From Labilithrix sp. (GTDB lineage Bacteria; Myxococcota_A; Polyangia; Polyangiales; Polyangiaceae), in assembly GCA_026128965.1 (NCBI GenBank), contig JAHCIY010000002.1, positions 2,000,468 through 2,064,467 on the forward strand: DNA of 64,000 bases, written 5' to 3'. Every line of letters begins with the position of its first letter. Within the stretch, counting starts at the first letter, position 1. The position numbers and the translations under genes were made by a program. Of the stretch, positions 8,330 through 17,707 are shown piece after piece. Below the pieces are notes generated by a model. The model was given only the letters and a program-made list of their open reading frames with translations, did no database searches and was not told the DNA's origin.

Positions 8330-10738
8330 GTGCGTTTGGTCGATGACGTGACGGCTTCTCGTAGCGAGCCCGTCCCCGAGCCGCCGAAGAGCGAGACGCG
8401 ACCGGTCGCGGTCGCTCCGAACGGCGGCCCCGTGCCCTGCCTGCGGCTCTTCGCCGACGAGGTCGTCATCCATCGCACCGAGGGCCTCGGCTCGACGTTC
8501 GACAACGAGCTCGTGCCGCTGCTCGAGCTCTCGTTCGAGTACGAGGGCGTGAAGGTGCTCGCCGCGGACGAGGACGACGAGGTCATGATCGACCTCGACC
8601 GCTTCGTGCCGCGCTCGCAGGTCGACGAGGCCCGCGCGCGGCGCATGCTCGAGAGCTTCGGCGCGGTCCCGCTCGAGTGCCTCGACGACTACGCGTGCGA
8701 CGCGACGGCCGACTACGTCGTGCGCTGCGAGGGCAACGTCCACGACTTCTGCGGCTTCAGCGCGTACGTCGTCCCGCAGCTCCGCGGGATGGGATGGAAG
8801 GTCGACGTCGATCCGAAGTACCCGTTCAAGGTCGTGCAGGGCGAGCCCGCGTGGCAGGCCACCGTCACGTCGGGTCCTTCGCGCGAGGGCGACGCGGAGG
8901 GCGGCGAGAAGGAGGCCCTTCGCCCCGACTGGTTCGGCATCCAGCTCGGCGTCGTCGTCGACGGCAAGCGCGTGAACCTGCTCCCCGCGCTGCTGGAGCT
9001 CCTCGAGCGCTCGAACGGCAAGCCGCTCGCGGAGCTCGCCGCGACGACGTCGCGCAAGTGCCTCGCCCTCCCGGTCGGCGACGGCCTCTACCTCCCGATC
9101 CCGGCCGAGCGCGCGCGCGCGATCCTGCGCGTGCTCGCGGAGCTCTACGACGGCACGTCACCGAAGGGCGAGCTGCGCGTCCATCCGACGCGCGCGGGCG
9201 CGGTCCTCGCGCTCGACGAGATCTTCGCGAAGAACGGCGGCGAGATCAGCTTCGGCGGCGACGCGCGCGCGCTCGCGGTGGTGGAGGAGCAGAACGCGCC
9301 CGTCGTCCGCGTCGAGCAGCCGAAGGGCCTCCAGGCGACGCTCCGCGACTACCAGATCGACGGTGTCTCGTGGCTCCAGAACCTCCGCCAGCGCGAGGTC
9401 GGCGGCATCCTCGCCGACGACATGGGGCTCGGGAAGACGCTCCAGACGATCGCGCACGTGATGGTCGAGAAGGAGGGCGGGCGCCTCACGACGCCGGCGC
9501 TCATCATCGCGCCGACGTCGCTCGTGATGAACTGGCAGCGCGAGTTCCGGAAGTTCGCGCCCGAGCTCCGCGTCCTCGTCGTGCACGGCAGCGATCGCGC
9601 CTCCGCCTACGACGGCATCCGCGACGCCGACGTCGTCGTGACGAGCTACCCCATCGTCTGCCGCGACGAAGAGAAGTTCGCGGAGTGGGAGTTCCACCTC
9701 GTCATCCTCGACGAGGCGCAGACGATCAAGAACATGAAGAGCCGCGCCCACGTCGCGTGCCGCTCCATCGTCGCGACGCACCGCCTCGCGCTCTCCGGCA
9801 CCCCGGTCGAGAACCACCTCGGCGAGCTCTGGTCGCTCCTCGACTTCGTGAACCCGGGCCTCCTCGGCGACGAGCTGCACTTCAACCGCTTCTACCGCGT
9901 CCCGATCGAGCGCCTCCGCAACGAGGACCGCCTCGCCGCGCTCCGCGAACTCGTTGCACCTTACATCCTTCGCCGCAACAAGCGCGACGTCGCGAAGGAG
10001 CTCCCGAAGAAGACGGAGGTGATGCGTCCGGTCGAGCTCCACGGCCAGCAGCGCGAGCTCTACGAGTCGATCCGCGTCGCGGCGCACGCGGAGGTACGGA
10101 AGCTCATCAAGAAGAAGGGCCTCGCCGCCTCGACGATCCCGATCCTCGGCGCGCTCACGAAGCTCCGTCAGGTCTGCTGCGATCCGCGCCTCGTGCGCAT
10201 GACGAACGTCGCGCTCCCGAAGGAGTCCGCGAAGTACCGCATGTTCTTCGACCTGCTCGACAAGCAGCTCGCGGGCGGCCATCGCGTCCTCGTCTTCTCG
10301 CAGTTCACGAGCATGCTCGGTCTCCTCGAGCAGGGCCTCGTCGAGCGCAAGGTGAAGTACGCGATCCTCACCGGCTCCACGGCCGATCGCGCGGAGGCGG
10401 TCGACCAGTTCGAGAAGGGCGGCGCGAAGGTCTTCTTGATCTCGCTGAAGGCAGGCGGCACGGGCCTCACCCTGACGAGCGCCGACGTGGTCATCCATTA
10501 CGACCCGTGGTGGAACCCGGCCATCCAGGCGCAGGCGACGGACCGCGCCTACCGCATCGGCCAGAAGAAGCCGGTCATCAGCTACCAGCTCTTCGCCGCC
10601 GGCAGCGTCGAGGAGCGCATCCTCGGCCTCCAGCGCTCGAAGAAACACGTCGCCGACGCAATCCTAGGTCAGGGCCCCGCCGGCAACCCCCTCGGCGAAG
10701 CCGAGCTAGACATCCTCTTCGCTCCGCTCGGCGCGTAA
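8330..10738 (+). CDS. SNF2/RapA-family DEAD-like helicase
   Basis: Motifs DDMGLGKT, ILDEAQTIKN, SATPVENHLGELWSLLDF, a helicase C-domain and QAQATDRAYRIGQ. The GTG start at 8330 is chosen downstream of the divergent gene that starts at 8203. The upstream part of the 6590.. ORF is shadow. Confidence 0.8.
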   Translation: MRLVDDVTASRSEPVPEPPKSETRPVAVAPNGGPVPCLRLFADEVVIHRTEGLGSTFDNELVPLLELSFEYEGVKVLAADEDDEVMIDLDRFVPRSQVDEARARRMLESFGAVPLECLDDYACDATADYVVRCEGNVHDFCGFSAYVVPQLRGMGWKVDVDPKYPFKVVQGEPAWQATVTSGPSREGDAEGGEKEALRPDWFGIQLGVVVDGKRVNLLPALLELLERSNGKPLAELAATTSRKCLALPVGDGLYLPIPAERARAILRVLAELYDGTSPKGELRVHPTRAGAVLALDEIFAKNGGEISFGGDARALAVVEEQNAPVVRVEQPKGLQATLRDYQIDGVSWLQNLRQREVGGILADDMGLGKTLQTIAHVMVEKEGGRLTTPALIIAPTSLVMNWQREFRKFAPELRVLVVHGSDRASAYDGIRDADVVVTSYPIVCRDEEKFAEWEFHLVILDEAQTIKNMKSRAHVACRSIVATHRLALSGTPVENHLGELWSLLDFVNPGLLGDELHFNRFYRVPIERLRNEDRLAALRELVAPYILRRNKRDVAKELPKKTEVMRPVELHGQQRELYESIRVAAHAEVRKLIKKKGLAASTIPILGALTKLRQVCCDPRLVRMTNVALPKESAKYRMFFDLLDKQLAGGHRVLVFSQFTSMLGLLEQGLVERKVKYAILTGSTADRAEAVDQFEKGGAKVFLISLKAGGTGLTLTSADVVIHYDPWWNPAIQAQATDRAYRIGQKKPVISYQLFAAGSVEERILGLQRSKKHVADAILGQGPAGNPLGEAELDILFAPLGA

Positions 10739-10744
10739 CCGCAT

Positions 10745-11060
10745 CGCGCGCTCGTCGTGCGTCGGCGACGCGGTGCGGGCGCGGGTTGCGCTCGTCCTGC
10801 GTCGTCGTGCGTTGCGGTCCGGGCACGCGCGTCGCCCGCTCGCCCCTGCGTCGGCGATGCGGGGTCGCCCTGCGTTGTCGGCGCGGGTTGCGCGCTTCGC
10901 CTGCGTCGTCGCCGCAGGTTGCGCTCGCCTGCGTTGTCGGCGCGGGGCGGTGCGCGTGGGTTGCGCGCTCTGGGTTGGCAGTGCGGGCGCGCTTCGCTCT
11001 GCGTTGTCGGGGCGGTAGTGCGAGCGGGCGTCGTTGGGCGGCTTTGCCGAGCGTGTGGGC
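10745..11060. repeat. degenerate tandem repeats (units of about 30-60 bp; GGGTTGCGC...CTGCGTYGTCG) in the 3' intergenic region of the SNF2 gene
   Basis: The GGGTTGCGCKC...CTGCGT(C/T)GTCG motif recurs at least five times. Only Arg/Ala-rich shadow ORFs cross the tract. Confidence 0.5.
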
Positions 11061-11061
11061 G

Positions 11062-11652
11062 TTAGCGATAGATGATGGGCGCGCGAGCGGGGATTGCGGC
11101 GGCGGGGGATGGGGAGGCGTACGACGAAGGCGGCGGTTGCGCGGCGCTTGGTGTTGGGGATGACTGGCCCTGGTACGGAGTGGTGGGGTGGGGCGTGTAG
11201 GACGGGGCGTAGCCGTAGCGGGGGGCGCGGTAGCCGTAGCCGCCGCGCGGGAGGCCGTAGTACGGCTCGTGATGGGCGTGTGGTGGGAGCAGCGCGTCGG
11301 GGGCGTTCCAGGGGCCGCCACGCGAGGGCGTTTGTGTGAGCGGCGCGTCGCCGATGAAGCCGAGCGACTTGGTGCGGCGGATGGGCTGGCCCGGCGCCTC
11401 GTCCGGCAGGACGATCTGGGCCTCCGCGTCGTAGGTCGCGTCCTCGGGCACGGTGACCTTGCTGCCTGGCGGCGCGGTGATGTGGAGCCCGTCGTCCGAG
11501 CAGCCGCACCGCACCGTCCGCGAGGTCGCCCGCGACGGCGGCGCGATCCGGTTCACGGTCTCCGCCCGCACCACCTCGCCTGGATCAGCAGCCTCCTTGT
11601 CGGCACACCCGACCGCGAAAACCACGAGCGGGGCCAGCAGCAGAGCGCGCAT
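11062..11652 (-). CDS. hypothetical lipoprotein with a Tyr/Gly/Pro-rich C-terminus
   Basis: Signal plus lipobox (MRALLLAPLVVFAVGCAD). The ATG complementary to 11650-11652 is preferred over the ORF start at 11670. Confidence 0.5.
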   Translation of the reverse strand: MRALLLAPLVVFAVGCADKEAADPGEVVRAETVNRIAPPSRATSRTVRCGCSDDGLHITAPPGSKVTVPEDATYDAEAQIVLPDEAPGQPIRRTKSLGFIGDAPLTQTPSRGGPWNAPDALLPPHAHHEPYYGLPRGGYGYRAPRYGYAPSYTPHPTTPYQGQSSPTPSAAQPPPSSYASPSPAAAIPARAPIIYR

Positions 11653-12331
11653 CCCCGGCGCTCCGTGCAATCGCCCGGCCAGCGCGGAGCCCAGGCGCTT
11701 GCCGTGCGAACCATGCTACGCGTGAACGCCGGGACCGCCGCGCCGTCGCACCTCGCAACGCCGCCGCCGCCCCCGCGCCACGGTTTCGCGGACTTGCGGC
11801 GGCGTCGCGGGCGCATGGTGAGGACCTCCGCGAGCAAGACGACCTCGCAGCGCCCCACGTGAGGACGCCGAAGCGAAGCGACTCCGTCGTGCGGGCCCAA
11901 AAAAGAAAAACGCCATGCCAAGGACGTAGCGAGCTCGCCCGAGCCTCGTCGTCGAGCGCGGCGCAGCTGAGCGGAAGAGCGGGGCTCGTGTCAGCGGCAG
12001 GTGAAGCCGTCGGCCTTCGTGGCGCGGCGGGCGAGGATGGGCATCGCGGGGCGTGGATCGTTCGGGGCGCGGAAGAGGGTGCCGGGGCCTCGCTTCAAAC
12101 GTGTAAGGTACATGCGTGTAATGCGGGCATCGAGGGCGGTGAGGCGGACGAGGAACGCGGCGCCGCAGGCTTGCTGCGCGTCGTCCGGGGCGGCGGGCGG
12201 CGGTCGAGAACTGGCCGACGCAGACCTCGTTGTCCCAGAGCTCCACCTTCGACGAGCTGCCGCTCATGCGCTCGTGCCTCCGTGGAGGTGCAGTCGCCGT
12301 GCCTCCCGCCGCTCGCGCAGCGGTCCGCGCT

Positions 12332-13090
12332 TCAGAGCGCGTTGAGCTCGACGATCATGGGCTGGACGAGCGCCTTCATGTCCACGCCCGGATCGACCGT
12401 GAACACGTGAACGAGGACGCCGATCAGATTCGGGGCTCCGACGCAGGTGACGGAGACGGTGGTGCCGGGCCGCCCTCCGACGGCGCCGATCCGCACGCCG
12501 CCGTCGAACCATCCGCCCTGCGCCGCGGGGAAGAGGCCCTTCAGCTGCTCCGCCGCCGTCGCGAGGCACTTCGCCGCCGTGCTCGCGCGCGTGATGGAGG
12601 CGTCGTGGCTGCGGAGCTCCGGGTACGTCATCCCGTTCGGCGTCGACACCTCCACCGCCGTCTCGTTCTCGCCGAGGCTCTCGAGGCGCCGGCCGTCGAC
12701 CGACGCGTCGAGCGCGAACTCGATGCCCCACGCGCCGGTCACGAGGAGCGACCCGCCGTCGAACGGGCGGCACGTCGCGTACAGCGCCGCGCCGTCGCGC
12801 TTCGAGAAGAAGGTGTTCGGCTCGTTCGCCGCCGCCGCCGCCGAGTAGCGCCCGCCCATCTTGTCGAGCGCGGCCTTCGCGTCGTTCGCGCACTGCTGCT
12901 CGCTCACGCCCTTGCGCTCCGCGACGCGCAGGTCCCATCGATCCAGGAGCGGGAGCGCGGGCGGCGCGTCGCCGCTGTCCACGGGGCCCGCGTCACCGCC
13001 CGCATCGGCGGAGGTGGGCGGCTTGATCGACTCGCCGGGACGATCGTCGATGCAGGCCGCGAGCACGAGCATGAGAGGCGCGAAGCGCAT
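12332..13090 (-). CDS. hypothetical lipoprotein
   Basis: MRFAPLMLVLAACIDD signal plus lipobox. 252 aa with coherent codon bias. Confidence 0.55.
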   Translation of the reverse strand: MRFAPLMLVLAACIDDRPGESIKPPTSADAGGDAGPVDSGDAPPALPLLDRWDLRVAERKGVSEQQCANDAKAALDKMGGRYSAAAAANEPNTFFSKRDGAALYATCRPFDGGSLLVTGAWGIEFALDASVDGRRLESLGENETAVEVSTPNGMTYPELRSHDASITRASTAAKCLATAAEQLKGLFPAAQGGWFDGGVRIGAVGGRPGTTVSVTCVGAPNLIGVLVHVFTVDPGVDMKALVQPMIVELNAL

Positions 13091-13131
13091 GGCGAAGAGG
13101 GTAGCCGAAACATTCTCGGGGTGAGCGTGTC

Positions 13132-14985
13132 ATGATGAGAGGCCCGATGAAGATCGCCCTGATCTACCCGCCGCCGTGGAAGATCGCAGCCCCCGGCGAG
13201 CCGCGGTACGCGGCGGACGGGCCGCCGGAGGGCTACCGCGAGGGCGACCTCGACGCGGACTTCCACCAGACGCCGTACGGGCTCTTCGCGATCGGCGCCG
13301 AGGCGCTGCGCGCGGGGCACATGGTCAAGGTCGTCAACCTCTCGTCGTTCCCGTGGACGAAGGTCGAGGAGGTGGTCGCCGCGCTCGACGCCGACGTCTT
13401 CGGGATGTCGTGCTGGACCGCGAACCGCCGCGGCGTGCGGCTCGTCGCCGACCTCGTCAAGCAGAGGCACCCGCGCGCGACCGTCGTCGTCGGCGGCCCC
13501 CACGCCACGCCGCTCGGCCCCGAGCTGCTCTCGCACTTCGAGAGCGTCGACCTCGTGTGCACCGGCGAGAGCGACGTCACCTTCCTCGAGATCGTCCGCC
13601 GCCTCGAGCGCGGCGAGCCGCTCACGAAGATCGCCGGCACGGTGTACCGCGACGGCGGGGAGGTCGTGACCGCGCCGGAGCGCAAGAACGTCGCCGACCT
13701 CGACGCGCTCGCGTCGCCGCATCACTTCTTCGACACGCACATCTTGATGACGTCGCGCGGCTGCCCGTGGGCCTGCACCTTCTGCGGCGCGGAGACGTCG
13801 TGGGGTCGCGGCTTCCGCGCGAACTCGATCGACTACGTGCTCGACGCGATGGAGAGCGTCAGCAAGCGGCTGCCGGTGAAGATGATCCAGATCAAGGACG
13901 ACACCTTCACGACGAACAAGAAGCGAGTCCTTGCATTGTGCAAGAAGATGCAGGAGCGGAAGCTCGGCTTCTTCTGGAGCTGCGATACGCGCGTCGATCT
14001 CCTCTCCGACGAGCTCCTCCGCGAGATGCGGCTCGCGGGGTGCCAGCGCCTCTCGCTCGGCGTCGAGAGCGGCTCGCAGCGCATCCTCGACCTCATCGAC
14101 AAGAAGATCACGCCGAAGGAGATCCTCGCGTCGACGTTGCTCGCGAAAAAATACGGGATCAAGGTCCGCTACTACATGATGCTCGGCAACCGCGGCGAGA
14201 CGCGGGAGACGTTCGCGGAGACGCTCGCCTTCCTCGACGAGGCGGCGCCGCACGAGTACGTGTTCTCGTGCCTCTCGGTGTACCCCGGCACGCGCGACTT
14301 CCACGACGCGGAGAAGGCGGGCTGGCTCGATCGCGAGCAATATTTCAGCGGCGACTTCCAGGAGCTGAAGACGCCGTTCGACGCGTCCGACGAGGACGTC
14401 GCGTGGATGAACGAGTGGTTCTTCGCGAACAAGGGGCTCCGCGTCGGCTTCCGGGACGGCGTCGCCGAGTACCGCGCCATCCTCGAGCGCCTCGGCGACT
14501 ACCACGCCGCGCACATGGACCTCGGCGCCGCGCTCTACCACGAGGGCGATCTCGAAGGGGCGGAGCGCCACGTGCGGCGCGCGCTCGAGCTCGGCTATCC
14601 GTGCCCCGGCCTCGCGTACAACCACCTCGCGTGTTTCGCGAAGGCGCGCGGCGACCTCGACGCGATGATGGACCTCTTCACGACCGCGGCGAAGACCGAC
14701 CCGCAGCACTGGACCCTGATCCAGAACGTGAACCGCGCGCGCGCGTGGTTCAAGGAGAGCGGCCCCGCGCGCGGGTTGCCGCTCGAGCTCGACGTCCGCC
14801 ACGACTTCCAGCTCCTCGAGCGCACCGCGCAGCCCACCCTCCCGGGCCCGCTGCCGGAGGACTTCGCGGTGTGGAAGGAGACGCCGCTCAAGGGCGACGC
14901 CGCTCCGCGCTGGCTCAAGACGCCGGAGCAGGAGGGGAGCGGCAAGGGTATGGGCAAGAAGCGGCTCGACGTGGTGCGCGATTGA
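13132..14985 (+). CDS. B12-binding radical SAM protein with a C-terminal TPR-like region
   Basis: N-terminal cobalamin-binding-domain-like region followed by the CPWACTFC (CxxxCxxC) radical SAM motif. The C-terminus has TPR-like helices (ALYHEGDLEGAERHVRRALELG). Confidence 0.8.
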   Translation: MMRGPMKIALIYPPPWKIAAPGEPRYAADGPPEGYREGDLDADFHQTPYGLFAIGAEALRAGHMVKVVNLSSFPWTKVEEVVAALDADVFGMSCWTANRRGVRLVADLVKQRHPRATVVVGGPHATPLGPELLSHFESVDLVCTGESDVTFLEIVRRLERGEPLTKIAGTVYRDGGEVVTAPERKNVADLDALASPHHFFDTHILMTSRGCPWACTFCGAETSWGRGFRANSIDYVLDAMESVSKRLPVKMIQIKDDTFTTNKKRVLALCKKMQERKLGFFWSCDTRVDLLSDELLREMRLAGCQRLSLGVESGSQRILDLIDKKITPKEILASTLLAKKYGIKVRYYMMLGNRGETRETFAETLAFLDEAAPHEYVFSCLSVYPGTRDFHDAEKAGWLDREQYFSGDFQELKTPFDASDEDVAWMNEWFFANKGLRVGFRDGVAEYRAILERLGDYHAAHMDLGAALYHEGDLEGAERHVRRALELGYPCPGLAYNHLACFAKARGDLDAMMDLFTTAAKTDPQHWTLIQNVNRARAWFKESGPARGLPLELDVRHDFQLLERTAQPTLPGPLPEDFAVWKETPLKGDAAPRWLKTPEQEGSGKGMGKKRLDVVRD

Positions 14986-14991
14986 GCAGGC

Positions 14992-16587
14992 TCAGGGACC
15001 GCCGCTCTTCACGTCGCGGCCGAGCGCGTGGTCGAGGCGGATGCGGGCGAGGCGCGCGTCCACCTTCGCGTTGAGGTGCTCGAAGCGGGACTGCGCGAGC
15101 GCGGTCTCCGCGTCGATGAGCGTGGTCGAGGTGCCGCGGCCCGCGTTGAACAGCTCGCGCGCGACGCGGTAGGCCTCCTCCGCGCTCTCGAGCTGGCGCG
15201 TCGTGGTCGTCACCGCGACGTCGGCCTCGAGGACCTCCTGGTACGTCTGCGCGACCTCGATCTCGATGCCGTCGCGCACGGTCTGCTTCTGCGCGTCGAG
15301 CGCGTTCGCGCGGGCGATCGCGTCGCCCTCGGCGGGGCCGGCGGTGAGGACGTCGTTCGGCGACCAGGTGATCTGCGCGCCCGCGGTCCAGGTCGGGAAC
15401 CACTCGTCGCGCTGCGGGAAGCGGCGCTGGTTCGGGTTCGCGTACGTCACGTCGCCGAAGGCGGAGAGGGAAGGGTACTTGCCGCGATCGGCGACCTTCG
15501 CGAGGCGCCGCGCGGCCTCGGCGTTCTTGTCGAGGCTCTTCAGCTCGGGGCGCGCGCCGTGCGCTTCGCTCACGAGCATCTTGAGGTCCTGCGGCGCCGC
15601 CGGCACCGGGCTGTCGAGGCTCTCGCCGGGCACGAGCGTCTCGTCCTCCTTCGCGTGCGTCGCGACGCGGACCTGGCGCTCGGTGATGAGCGCGCCGTTC
15701 TTGCCGCGCTCGACCGCGAGCTCCGCGGCGGCGACCTGCGTCTCCGCGCGGAGGACGTCGGCCTTCGACGCGTTGCCGACCTTGAACTGGTTCTCCGCGT
15801 CCTTGAGGTGCGCCTTCGCGACCGCGAGCGACTGCTCCGCGACGACGGCGGCGCTGCGGGCGCGGAGCCACGTGTAATATGCAATCTTTCCGTCGGAGTA
15901 CGACTTCGCGCGCGCGGTCGCGACGTCGTGGCGGGCGGCCTCCTCCTGCTTCAGCGCGGCGGTGTAGCCCTCGTTGATCTTGAGGAAGTAGTCGCTGATC
16001 GGGACCGAGATGGTGGCCTGCGCGACCCAGTTGTCGAGGATCATCGGGAACCTGATCCCGTTGAACGACGGCGGCAAGAACCCGCTCAAGCGCGTGTATC
16101 GGCCGAGGAGGCCGACGCGCGGGACGAAGTTGTTCCGCTGGCCGTCCGCGCGCGCCTCCGCGGCCTGCGCGTTGTCCGCCGCGGCCTTCGCCTGGTAGCT
16201 CGTCGCGGCCGCGCGCTGCGCGACCTGATCGGCGGTGATGCCGCCGGCGACGGTCGTGCTGAGGTCGGGGACGCCGCTCGTCGCGCCTTGCTGGGTCACA
16301 GTGTCGCGCGGGGCTCCGGGCGCCATCGTCGGCGGCGGGGGCGAGTAGCCGGGCTGCGCCGGCGTCACGGTCGGCGCGGGGGCGGGCCCCGCGGTCGGCG
16401 GCGCGGGGGCGGGCGGCGGCGTGTACGTCGGGACCGGCGCCTGCGTCTGCGGGATCGTGTACGGCGTCGTTCCCGCGTTCTGGTTGTTCGGGTTCTGCTG
16501 CGCGGCGGCGGTCGCCGCGGTGAGCGAGCTGCCGAGGGCGAGCGCGCACGCCGCGTACGACGCGGGGCGCGTTCCAAAGCTACGCAT
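14992..16587 (-). CDS. TolC-like outer membrane efflux protein
   Basis: Signal peptide, Pro/Thr/Ala-rich linker, then two TolC-type repeat halves (alpha-helical coiled-coil plus beta-barrel segments). The ATG complementary to 16585-16587 is preceded by an AAAGGA ribosome-binding site. Confidence 0.75.
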   Translation of the reverse strand: MRSFGTRPASYAACALALGSSLTAATAAAQQNPNNQNAGTTPYTIPQTQAPVPTYTPPPAPAPPTAGPAPAPTVTPAQPGYSPPPPTMAPGAPRDTVTQQGATSGVPDLSTTVAGGITADQVAQRAAATSYQAKAAADNAQAAEARADGQRNNFVPRVGLLGRYTRLSGFLPPSFNGIRFPMILDNWVAQATISVPISDYFLKINEGYTAALKQEEAARHDVATARAKSYSDGKIAYYTWLRARSAAVVAEQSLAVAKAHLKDAENQFKVGNASKADVLRAETQVAAAELAVERGKNGALITERQVRVATHAKEDETLVPGESLDSPVPAAPQDLKMLVSEAHGARPELKSLDKNAEAARRLAKVADRGKYPSLSAFGDVTYANPNQRRFPQRDEWFPTWTAGAQITWSPNDVLTAGPAEGDAIARANALDAQKQTVRDGIEIEVAQTYQEVLEADVAVTTTTRQLESAEEAYRVARELFNAGRGTSTTLIDAETALAQSRFEHLNAKVDARLARIRLDHALGRDVKSGGP

Positions 16588-16705
16588 GGGAGTCCTTTCT
16601 CGCGGGCTCTTCGATGCCGTTCGAGGGTCGGTCGTCACGGCGGCGTTTCTACTTCGCTTCTTCACAAAAACCTGGACGAAAATGCGCGGCTTCTAGAAGG
16701 ATTCT

Positions 16706-17551
16706 GTGCACGCGATGGCATTCCAGCGGCCGGCGAGGGGCCAAACCTCGACGTATGGGACCCGCTGGGGACTGCGGCGTCTGCTGCTCTTGATGTCGGG
16801 GCCCGGCATCCCGTTGCTCTTCGCGCTGCTGCTCGGGTGTCCGCCGCCGTATCAGCCGAAGAAGCTGGAGATGGAATCGATCGGCACGACGAAGGACGTG
16901 CCGACCACGACCCTGGACGATCCCGGCGACGGCGGCGTCGTCGCGCCGAACAGCGGCACGCCGTCGCCGGGCAGCAGCGGAGGCGTCAACACGCTCTGCA
17001 GCGGCTCCGAGTTCGAGGACCTCGCCGACGCGCTTCGTTCCTGCGAGGTGCCGATGCCGAAGGCGTCCGAGGTCGGGTCGATGAGGGACAAGGTCGAGGT
17101 GAAGGTGACCGCGAGCACGTCGACGACGTCGCCGGGCGGTCGGATCGATCTCCAGATCACGCTGCGGAACAAGTCGTCGAGCGATCCGGTCACGGTCTAC
17201 TTCACCGGCGACCCGTACCCGCGGTTCGACGTCGAGGCGACGGACTCGCGGGGCCGGCGCGCCGATCTCCCCGACAAGCGCTGGCCCGGCTATCCGAAGG
17301 GCATGAAGCCCGAGGCCCGGGAGACGAAGGCGTCGCGCGTGACGCTCGACAAGAACGGCACCGCGAAGGTGAAGATCTCGTGGGACGCGGTGAGGACGAA
17401 GTGGGCGCCCGACAAGGCGAGGAGCTGGGAGGGTCGCGGCTACCCCCGCGTCCCGTCGGGGCCGCTCCCGAAGGGGAAGTACTCGCTGAAGCTCATCCTC
17501 CCGATCTTCGGGGACGTCGAGGTGCCGAAGGTCCCGGTCGAGGTCTCGTGA
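16706..17551 (+). CDS. hypothetical lipoprotein
   Basis: LLFALLLGCPPP lipobox. The start is ambiguous; an alternative ATG lies at 16793. Confidence 0.5.
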   Translation: MHAMAFQRPARGQTSTYGTRWGLRRLLLLMSGPGIPLLFALLLGCPPPYQPKKLEMESIGTTKDVPTTTLDDPGDGGVVAPNSGTPSPGSSGGVNTLCSGSEFEDLADALRSCEVPMPKASEVGSMRDKVEVKVTASTSTTSPGGRIDLQITLRNKSSSDPVTVYFTGDPYPRFDVEATDSRGRRADLPDKRWPGYPKGMKPEARETKASRVTLDKNGTAKVKISWDAVRTKWAPDKARSWEGRGYPRVPSGPLPKGKYSLKLILPIFGDVEVPKVPVEVS

Positions 17552-17707
17552 CGCTGGATCGTGCGTTACGCACAAGGTGGGTAAACCCACGTGCTGCCGG
17601 CCGACCGCTGGAAAATGAAACAACTTCGTTTTCGCGTGCTTACGTCGGGGACGTTGCGCAGTAGGCAGCTCACCTACATTGGCCTACTGGTTGCTCTCGG
17701 ACCGAAC

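Noticed and set aside
15028-17664. 878-aa plus-strand ORF
   Set aside because: Antisense to the TolC-like gene. It overlaps the real lipoprotein gene at 16706 in another frame.
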